This document shows, in pieces, positions 1 through 5,292 of a stretch of 6,325 bases of DNA; within the stretch, counting starts at the first letter, position 1, and each line of letters starts with the position of its first letter. Origin of the DNA: a virus. Lineage: Duplodnaviria > Heunggongvirae > Uroviricota > Caudoviricetes. The position numbers were made by a program, and so were the translations under genes. The stretch lies in IMG/VR virus record IMGVR_UViG_2698536657_000011, one strand, 5' to 3'. Under the pieces are notes generated by a model. The model was given only the letters and a program-made list of their open reading frames with translations. It did not search any database and was not told the origin of the DNA.

Positions 1-44
1 TAATACACCACCAAAACCACCCGCAGGAGGTTTAACGCTACTTA

Positions 45-96
45 CTCCCCTTGATGATTTGCTTATTTTTCAATGAGTAAATCAAAACAAGGGGAG
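45..96. repeat. Imperfect inverted repeat just beyond the integrase stop codon: left arm CTCCCCTT-GA-TGATTT (45-60), right arm AAATCA-AAAC-AAGGGGAG (79-96), 18-bp AT-rich spacer. Possible att-associated site or 3' hairpin of the int transcript.
   Basis: Read directly: the 8-bp outer arms (45-52 / 89-96) and 6-bp inner arms (55-60 / 79-84) are exact reverse complements. Position next to the int 3' end is where P2-type attachment sites lie. Confidence 0.4.
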
Positions 97-116
97 CAAA
101 TAAGCACAAGTTACAA

Positions 117-1124
117 CTAATCGATGGACAGTTTATGGACACTTTCAGCCAGCGGATTAAAGCTGATTGCATCCTGTAAAAAGTCCGGCGAAAAATGCGC
201 ATACGTCATCGTTTGTTGAATCGTGGCATGGCCCAGGATTCGTTGTAGCGTAACGATATTTCCGCCATTCATCATGAAATGTGTAGCGAATGTATGACGC
301 ATGACATGGGTGGCCTGCCCTTTCGGCAAGTCCGGCTTCACCTCCTGAAGGATCTCCCGAAATCTGAGGTAATCAGCCTGGTACAACAATCCGGTTCTGC
401 GGGTTTTAATTAACGCAAGTACCGCATCAGAAACGGGAACGGCGCGAGATTTTCCGTTCTTGGTGTTAAAGAACATCACGCGGTTACCTACAATATGTTC
501 CCCACGTAAACCAGCTGCTTCACCCCACCTTGCCCCCGTGGAAAGACACAGAATGGCAACACGCCGCGCATCTCCATCGAGTCGTTCAAGCAGTCGTTCA
601 ATCTCCTCATCTGAAAGAAAGGCCATCTCTGTGTTCCTGACTTTCAGCTTACGTATTCCCCGAACCGGGTTTTCGTTATGGAACACCTCACCCTCAATCA
701 GCGAGCTGAACATTGCAGACAAGGCACACAAATCGCGGTTAATGCTGGAAGGCATTAACCCGGCCTGTAATTTGTCGGACCGGTACCCGAGCATAAATTT
801 TCGCGTCATCTGACTGGCACGAGGATCACCCATCTCACGGTTTATCTTTTCCAGTCTGACCCTGTAGGTATCCCCGTAATCCTGGTTACGACCATCAAGC
901 AGCCACCAGGCCTCTATCAGTTCGGATAACCGACGCTGATCTGCTGGCTTAGCCTGCCATGGCTTATCATGAAAATTCTGCAAAACATACCTTTCAAACT
1001 CCTGCGCCTTTGACTTCAGGGTAAAAATCTTACGAATCCGCTTTCCTTCCGTCCCTTGTGGCCTTACATCAACCTTATAACGTCCGTCTTTGAGTTGCTT
1101 AATCGACATGATTAGCCCCTCCAA
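117..1124 (-). CDS. int: Phage tyrosine integrase (site-specific recombinase), P2-Int-like, 335 aa
   Basis: Full-length ORF with GGAGGGG Shine-Dalgarno 6 nt upstream of the ATG. Catalytic-region motifs of tyrosine recombinases are visible (LSTGARWGEA; HVMRHTFATHF; LGHATIQQTMTYAHF with the terminal Tyr). Length and N-terminus (MSIKQLKDGRYKVDVRP) match my recollection of P2-type integrases. Sits next to the repressor, as in P2. Confidence 0.9.
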   Translation of the reverse strand: MEGLIMSIKQLKDGRYKVDVRPQGTEGKRIRKIFTLKSKAQEFERYVLQNFHDKPWQAKPADQRRLSELIEAWWLLDGRNQDYGDTYRVRLEKINREMGDPRASQMTRKFMLGYRSDKLQAGLMPSSINRDLCALSAMFSSLIEGEVFHNENPVRGIRKLKVRNTEMAFLSDEEIERLLERLDGDARRVAILCLSTGARWGEAAGLRGEHIVGNRVMFFNTKNGKSRAVPVSDAVLALIKTRRTGLLYQADYLRFREILQEVKPDLPKGQATHVMRHTFATHFMMNGGNIVTLQRILGHATIQQTMTYAHFSPDFLQDAISFNPLAESVHKLSID

Positions 1125-1178
1125 CGGATAAATTAACCAAACACTCCCTGCGGGATGAAACCCGCTCGATGTGTAACG

Positions 1179-1520
1179 TCAGCCAGCATTGCGGCCTGAT
1201 CGGGATGATTTTTGGGTAACGTCGATTGAAGCCAGATCGCCCTCCGACTGAGAAGATCCATCAAGAGAGAGAGCCGGGGCAATTTGCCCGGCGGCAGGTA
1301 GCGTCTTATCCTTTAACAGCCAAAACATATACTTTTCAAATCGATCTGCCTGAAGAACCGACTCCACGATTTTAGCTCTGGCGCTCTTTTGCCCTGATTC
1401 ATAATTCCTTACGGTGGCCAGAGATAACCCTGTAATTTCAGCAAATTGTTTTTGCGTTAAGCCCTCCGCCTTACGTATCTGGCGTAATTTTTCCGCGTAG
1501 TCTATTGACAAGATAACCAT
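1179..1520 (-). CDS. Immunity repressor, P2 C-like, with N-terminal XRE-type helix-turn-helix, 113 aa
   Basis: HTH signature (LTQKQFAEITGLSLATVRNYESGQ) near the N-terminus. Downstream segment FEKYMFWLL...AGQIAPAL resembles the P2 C repressor as I recall it. Co-oriented with and directly upstream of int, divergent from the rightward early genes. The only upstream Shine-Dalgarno candidate (GAGAGG) lies about 11 nt from the ATG, so the start is less certain than the ORF. Confidence 0.78.
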   Translation of the reverse strand: MVILSIDYAEKLRQIRKAEGLTQKQFAEITGLSLATVRNYESGQKSARAKIVESVLQADRFEKYMFWLLKDKTLPAAGQIAPALSLDGSSQSEGDLASIDVTQKSSRSGRNAG

Positions 1521-1623
1521 TTGAGTATTAACCTCTCGAAAAAGATAACCTTTCGATTATCTTCACAACCCAAAACAAACCTTCATAAGGTGCAATAGGC
1601 GCACCTGTGCGAGAGGATAACAA
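1505..1623. promoter_or_regulatory. Lysis-lysogeny switch region: rightward early promoter candidate (TTGACA 1505-1510, TATTAA 1526-1531, 15-bp spacer) with operator-like repeats AAGATAACC at 1510-1518 and 1542-1550 and an inverted partial copy TTATCTT at 1557-1563
   Basis: Read directly: perfect -35 hexamer, 4/6 -10 hexamer, two identical 9-mers 32 bp apart, and a palindrome AAGATAA-N8-TTATCTT. A further GATAAC lies at 1616-1621 within the Shine-Dalgarno region of the first early gene. Position between divergent repressor and early genes matches P2/186 switch architecture. The leftward promoter could not be placed confidently. Confidence 0.45.
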
Positions 1624-2148
1624 ATGCGGGACTTCATTGCCGATAAAGAGTTATCTGACACCGATCACACAACTGGAGCGGCGTACATCAACGCCAATAC
1701 CAGTCAACAAGAAGCAACAGATAACAACGACGAACAAAAGCCACAGCGCACATATAAAAAAGGGGCAACCCTGCGGCTGGATGGCCCAATAGCCGGGCTT
1801 TGCTCACTTGAAAAAGGGGCCGCCTACATCGGATTAACAAAAACAGCATTACGCGCAGCTCTTCAGCGTAACCAGATGCCAGGACATAAAACCCGCTCAA
1901 ACCCTGAAGATGAGAATTCGGATGGTGTTTGGTGGTTTAACGTCAGAGAGTGGGACAAGCTGGCCGACGAACTCCCGGAATGCGAGCCACCAGAATGGCA
2001 CAACTGGAAAAGCTACTGGACATACGACCGCCAGAAAAGAAAGTTTACCCCAGCTGATAAGGAAGATTGCCAGACCGTCAATGGAAAACGGGTTTACAAA
2101 GGCAGAAAGTCAAAGCTGGAACAGAGCCAGGATGTAAACGAACGGTGA
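1624..2148 (+). CDS. Cox/Apl-like excisionase/transcriptional regulator homologue, unusually long (174 aa) with N- and C-terminal extensions
   Basis: GAGAGGA Shine-Dalgarno 6 nt upstream of the ATG. First rightward gene after the repressor, the position Cox/Apl occupies. Central segment AAYIGLTKTALRAALQRNQMPGHK...GVWWFNVREWDKL resembles the HTH and wing of Cox/Apl proteins. Family assignment is by eye, not by search. Confidence 0.55.
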   Translation: MRDFIADKELSDTDHTTGAAYINANTSQQEATDNNDEQKPQRTYKKGATLRLDGPIAGLCSLEKGAAYIGLTKTALRAALQRNQMPGHKTRSNPEDENSDGVWWFNVREWDKLADELPECEPPEWHNWKSYWTYDRQKRKFTPADKEDCQTVNGKRVYKGRKSKLEQSQDVNER

Positions 2149-2154
2149 TGATCG

Positions 2155-2550
2155 ATGAGCGGCAAAAATAAATCAGAAAAAACCGCAACCGTCCTTAAGC
2201 AGTTAAGCCTCCTGAAAGAGGAACACAAGGACGCCACGATACTGATGCATCTGGAAGGCTCACCGAAAATAACAATCACAACAACCTATAGCGAGTTACA
2301 CAAAGAGCTTGAAGGATTAATTAACTTTTGTTCAAAGCTAAAAGCGAATGAAAACATTGATGACCTGATACTTAAACCAGAAGCAGAGTTCGGACACTTT
2401 TGCGAAAGTAGAGAAAATGGATGCATCGGAATAATGCTATACGCAAGCCGTGGAATAATGATTAATCTGCCCGTTGAGCAGGCTGTGGATATATTCGGAG
2501 AAATGGCACTTAATAAAACCACTATTTACAAAAGAAAAATGCCGGAGTAA
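2155..2550 (+). CDS. Hypothetical protein, 131 aa, encoded in an AT-rich insertion
   Basis: Intact ORF with weak Shine-Dalgarno (GGTGA 6 nt upstream). Lys/Glu/Ile-rich, no motif I recognise. Base composition clearly lower in G+C than the flanks. Confidence 0.55.
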   Translation: MSGKNKSEKTATVLKQLSLLKEEHKDATILMHLEGSPKITITTTYSELHKELEGLINFCSKLKANENIDDLILKPEAEFGHFCESRENGCIGIMLYASRGIMINLPVEQAVDIFGEMALNKTTIYKRKMPE

Positions 2551-2563
2551 CCAGGCATGGTTA

Positions 2564-2758
2564 TTAGTATGTTGGTCCCTTAGAAAAGTTCCAGGAACTC
2601 TTGCGAGGGTATTTATGAAGTACTTTTTCGCGGACATCGTTAGCCAGATCTCTGATTTGATCGTGCTTATCATCAGAAGACGGAGGAACTTCGGGGATTT
2701 TATCCACGATTTCAATTACTGATTTAAGCATTTTTATTAATTCATCGTCGTAAGACAT
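2564..2758 (-). CDS. Hypothetical small acidic protein, 64 aa, convergent with the 131-aa gene
   Basis: Canonical AAGGAG Shine-Dalgarno 6 nt upstream of the ATG at 2758 (minus strand). Start chosen at this internal ATG rather than the track start at 2791. Stop codon lies 13 bp from the stop of the convergent gene. Confidence 0.5.
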   Translation of the reverse strand: MSYDDELIKMLKSVIEIVDKIPEVPPSSDDKHDQIRDLANDVREKVLHKYPRKSSWNFSKGPTY

Positions 2759-2865
2759 TGTTATCTCCTTTTTCTGGTTGTGTGGAAACACCAGAATACC
2801 ACGCGCCGGGCGTGGTTAAACATCCCGGCACTGATTTTCATTTAACTTAAACGGGGTTTTTCGAT

Positions 2866-3204
2866 ATGACACAGAGACGCAGCTTCCGCACTGGCACAGA
2901 ACGCCACGCAGCCCGTTTCTCAACCAGCGCATCACGCAGCAACTCGCACTACAGCCTGCAGGAAACGCACGCCACACCTGACGGGCATCTGGTTAAACAA
3001 ACCGGTAAACACACCTGGCTGATTAATGATGCCGGAATTGTCATACACAGAGGCGCACGCAACCCGATTACCGGAAATACCTGTTACTCCCTGACTCGCG
3101 GAGATGAGCAGTTCGGGCAGGATTTCACCCTACACGAAGCATTAAGAACGGCAGACCGGTTAATCAGCGGTCGCAGTTTTCAGCACCCGGAACATCGCCG
3201 CTGA
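2866..3204 (+). CDS. Hypothetical early-region protein, 112 aa
   Basis: Intact ORF, weak Shine-Dalgarno. Composition returns to the GC-richer background. First gene of a run of co-oriented, closely spaced ORFs. Confidence 0.55.
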   Translation: MTQRRSFRTGTERHAARFSTSASRSNSHYSLQETHATPDGHLVKQTGKHTWLINDAGIVIHRGARNPITGNTCYSLTRGDEQFGQDFTLHEALRTADRLISGRSFQHPEHRR

Positions 3205-3223
3205 TAAATAAAAGGATTCAGCC

Positions 3224-3466
3224 ATGATCGAAGCCTACAAAATACTTATTAATAATGCGTTGCAGCGTTATCACTTCGAACTCGCAAACCGGGGTGTAAC
3301 CCGGGACGAAGGACTTCGTAACTCACTGCGGGGCGCAATTATGGGACTGTATAACTGCGCACTGGGCAGCGATGACCGCGAAGCACTGGAAGAATTAAAA
3401 GTTATTGTGGCCGAACTGTTTGAAGGTGAAATCGTTGAGCCTTATTTCACAGAGGTGGCAGCATGA
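3224..3466 (+). CDS. Hypothetical early-region protein, 80 aa
   Basis: AAGGA Shine-Dalgarno 7 nt upstream. Stop TGA overlaps the start of the next ORF (ATGA at 3463-3466). Confidence 0.6.
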   Translation: MIEAYKILINNALQRYHFELANRGVTRDEGLRNSLRGAIMGLYNCALGSDDREALEELKVIVAELFEGEIVEPYFTEVAA

Positions 3467-3588
3467 GCGTATTTCTTTCATGGGTGATTCTGATTATTTC
3501 CGTGCTTATGGCGATTGGCATTATGCGAATTATCGAAGCGCTGAAAAATATCGAATCTTTATTTACTGGCGAAGAACGCCGTAAATAA
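3463..3588 (+). CDS. Small single-pass membrane peptide, 41 aa (MSVFLSWVILIISVLMAIGIMRIIEALKNIESLFTGEERRK), not in the supplied ORF track
   Basis: Hand translation. GAGGTGG Shine-Dalgarno 5 nt upstream; ATG overlaps the preceding stop. About 20 hydrophobic residues followed by a charged tail, typical of a small transmembrane peptide. Confidence 0.45.
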   Translation: MSVFLSWVILIISVLMAIGIMRIIEALKNIESLFTGEERRK

Positions 3589-3667
3589 ATAACCAACCGG
3601 ACAGAAAACATTAAAACCATCCGCATCTGCGGAGGGCTTCACTCAATCCAGAAACGGAGAAACAGCT

Positions 3668-3946
3668 ATGAGCATCAATACACCTACAGAAATAAACAAA
3701 CTATTTACCGACCCGGCGCATATTGAATTTACGCAAAAAACGCTGACTGAAATAACCAATGTACTGGATGAAAGAATATCAGAAATAGATAAAGACAAGC
3801 ATTTTGCCACCTACATGGCCCTGCAAATGCAAAGCATGGCAATGGTGACAGCAAAACAGACCATCAGTGAACTCTATATGAAAAACCTGCGCCTCGAGCG
3901 CGAACTGGCAGAACTCCGGACACAGTCCGGCCAGTTTTCAGCGTGA
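3668..3946 (+). CDS. Hypothetical early-region protein, 92 aa
   Basis: GGAGA Shine-Dalgarno 7 nt upstream of the ATG. C-terminal part is helical-looking (LRLERELAELRTQ). Confidence 0.6.
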   Translation: MSINTPTEINKLFTDPAHIEFTQKTLTEITNVLDERISEIDKDKHFATYMALQMQSMAMVTAKQTISELYMKNLRLERELAELRTQSGQFSA

Positions 3947-3957
3947 GGGGCAGGTCG

Positions 3958-4200
3958 ATGAACAGCATATTTACCGCCACCATGCTGACGCGTTTCACCG
4001 ATGCCGTGGGCCACGAGTTCATGGTGGAAAGTCATTTGATCACAACGACCACGCCGTGCCCGTCAGACGCTGATTATCTCTACATCCATCTGGCTGACGG
4101 AACACAAATCACCGCGATTGCCAGTACCGTTCGCGAAGTAACGGCCATCAGAGGGGCATGGAAATCAGAAACACAAGCCCACGGAGAACTGCGGCCATGA
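3958..4200 (+). CDS. Hypothetical early-region protein, 80 aa
   Basis: Start set at the ATG at 3958, preceded by GAGGGG, rather than the GTG at 3943 in the track. Stop overlaps the next start (ATGA at 4197-4200). Confidence 0.55.
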   Translation: MNSIFTATMLTRFTDAVGHEFMVESHLITTTTPCPSDADYLYIHLADGTQITAIASTVREVTAIRGAWKSETQAHGELRP

Positions 4201-4409
4201 TCAGCAAGTACACCACCAACGCACGTAAACCCGGTAAAGACGCACGCCACCACATCGCCGTACTCCGCAATCTGTTACTGGAGGAAATCGACGACTTCAC
4301 GGCAACGCTGAGCGGTCCGGGCGCACCAGTAACACCAGGTGAGATCCACCGGGACCTTAAACGCCGTATTGAAAACGCCATTGATTACACCCTGAACCCG
4401 ACTGAATAA
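4197..4409 (+). CDS. Hypothetical small protein, 70 aa; paralogue of the C-terminal domain of the 4698-4997 product
   Basis: Start set at the ATG at 4197 (ATGA overlap, GGAGA upstream) rather than the track start at 4158, which lies inside the previous gene. Shares the motif E-I-x-DF-x-ATL-x-x-PG-x-P-x-TP-x-x-I-x-x-x-L-x-x-RI with the gene at 4698. Confidence 0.55.
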   Translation: MISKYTTNARKPGKDARHHIAVLRNLLLEEIDDFTATLSGPGAPVTPGEIHRDLKRRIENAIDYTLNPTE

Positions 4410-4434
4410 CCGGAACTGCAAAGGAGATCTCACG

Positions 4435-4701
4435 ATGACCATTCTGGACTACATCGCAGCCAATCCGGGGTGCAGCGGAAGTGAAATCGCCGCAGCACTG
4501 AATACCCCAACCACAGCCATTAATGCTGAGTTACGCCGACTCTGGCGCGGCGGCTTAGTCATCAGAACAAACCGCAGCACAGGTGGTCGCGCTCGCAAAA
4601 CAGGAGGCCAGGCTTCTTACCACGTAAACCCGATGCCGTTCGGGTGTAGCAATCCACTTGCTCACATGTTTAACCAGCTACTGAAGGAAGCCAGAGCATG
4701 A
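4435..4701 (+). CDS. Small winged-helix-like putative DNA-binding protein, 88 aa
   Basis: Strong AAGGAGA Shine-Dalgarno 7 nt upstream. Segment SGSEIAAALNTPTTAINAELRRLWRGGLVIR has a helix-turn-helix plus wing pattern. Stop overlaps the next start (ATGA at 4698-4701). Confidence 0.55.
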   Translation: MTILDYIAANPGCSGSEIAAALNTPTTAINAELRRLWRGGLVIRTNRSTGGRARKTGGQASYHVNPMPFGCSNPLAHMFNQLLKEARA

Positions 4702-4997
4702 GCACCATCAACCACCAGAAGCTACGCGAACTGGCATTTGCCCTGCAACGAATGGCAACGCCTCAAAAATTACTGGCATTTCGCGCAATGCTCTCGCCGT
4801 CTGCTGTGCTGGCACTGCTGGATGAGCTGGAGCACGCCAGAACCACGGCTCCTGCCATTCGCCTGACGCTCCATCATGAAATCGCTGATTTCTGCGCGAC
4901 GTTGGAGTCGCCGGGCGAACCGGAAACGCCGGAAGCAATACAGCAAGAGCTGCTGCAACGCATTGACAAGGTTTTTGATTTTTTTCTGAACCAGTAA
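4698..4997 (+). CDS. Hypothetical protein, 99 aa; C-terminal about 40 aa paralogous to the 4197-4409 product
   Basis: GAAGGAAG Shine-Dalgarno upstream. C-terminal HEIADFCATLESPGEPETPEAIQQELLQRIDKVFDFFLN aligns with EEIDDFTATLSGPGAPVTPGEIHRDLKRRIENAIDYTLN. Confidence 0.6.
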   Translation: MSTINHQKLRELAFALQRMATPQKLLAFRAMLSPSAVLALLDELEHARTTAPAIRLTLHHEIADFCATLESPGEPETPEAIQQELLQRIDKVFDFFLNQ

Positions 4998-5114
4998 GAA
5001 ACCAGAACATGCACACACAAAAAAACCGCTTGCCATGCCGCAATCAGTCAGGTTACATTCCCGCTGCACCTCATAAAACGGGTGCCGGGATTTCCACCCC
5101 GCCGACTACAAGAG

Positions 5115-5145
5115 CGCACAACCGCGCCAGCGGTTTTTTTGTGCG
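5115..5145 (+). terminator. Putative Rho-independent terminator or attenuator: stem AACCGC/GCGGTT (5120-5125 / 5130-5135), loop GCCA, then a 7-T run (5134-5140); outer arms CGCACA/TGTGCG (5115-5120 / 5140-5145)
   Basis: Read directly. Lies about 120 nt downstream of the stop at 4997 and about 170 nt upstream of the next start. The GC stem is short, so strength is uncertain. Confidence 0.4.
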
Positions 5146-5261
5146 TACTGTATCGCCACGTCTTTTTCGCGTCAGAATAATGGCGGGGCGTACGGGGCCG
5201 ACTTCGGTCGGGCCGGGATCTCTTGTAGCCGGTTGTGGAAACCCTGTACGTCTCGCCACCC

Positions 5262-5292
5262 TGAGTTTTCCACCTCCGGATGGTGAGTTTTC
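5262..5292. repeat. Perfect 9-bp direct repeat TGAGTTTTC (5262-5270 and 5284-5292), spaced 22 bp, flanking a small palindrome CACC-TCCGGAT-GGTG
   Basis: Read directly. Two-helical-turn spacing immediately upstream of the gene at 5320 suggests a paired protein-binding site. Confidence 0.45.

Noticed and set aside
1-116. Possible tRNA gene or tRNA 3' fragment at the prophage boundary
   Set aside because: No T-loop-like GGTTCGA-TCC motif, acceptor-stem pairing or CCA-adjacent structure on either strand. If the integration target is a tRNA, it lies outside the window.
460-813. 117-aa plus-strand ORF
   Set aside because: Lies entirely inside the integrase gene on the opposite strand. Product is Ser/Arg/Pro-rich and looks like an antisense read of a real gene.
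1607-1792. 61-aa plus-strand ORF and the overlapping minus-strand ORF at 1688-1900
   Set aside because: Alternative frames or antisense of the Cox-like gene, which has the good Shine-Dalgarno and recognisable HTH. No independent support.
1910-2279. Track ORFs 1910-2137 (plus) and 2094-2279 (minus)
   Set aside because: Overlap the Cox-like and 131-aa genes in other frames or strands; no ribosome-binding site or motif.
2286-2722. Track ORFs 2286-2522 (minus), 2437-2715 (minus) and 2474-2722 (plus)
   Set aside because: Compete with the 131-aa plus-strand gene and the 64-aa minus-strand gene. The latter has a canonical AAGGAG Shine-Dalgarno and a cleaner product; AT-rich DNA gives long spurious frames easily.
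2564-2791. Longer 75-aa version of the minus-strand ORF starting at 2791
   Set aside because: The internal ATG at 2758 has an ideal Shine-Dalgarno; the extended start has none and would overlap the upstream GC hairpin region.
3943-4200. GTG start at 3943 for the 80-aa gene
   Set aside because: The ATG at 3958 is preceded by GAGGGG at good spacing; the GTG overlaps the upstream stop with no Shine-Dalgarno.
4148-4381. 77-aa minus-strand ORF
   Set aside because: Antisense to two well-supported plus-strand genes; no ribosome-binding site.
4158-4409. Track start at 4158 for the 70-aa gene
   Set aside because: Would overlap the preceding gene by 43 nt; the ATG at 4197 has an ATGA overlap and an upstream GGAGA.
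4708-5069. Minus-strand ORFs 4708-5043 and 4770-5069
   Set aside because: Antisense to the 99-aa gene and the regulatory gap; products are Cys/Arg/Phe-rich.
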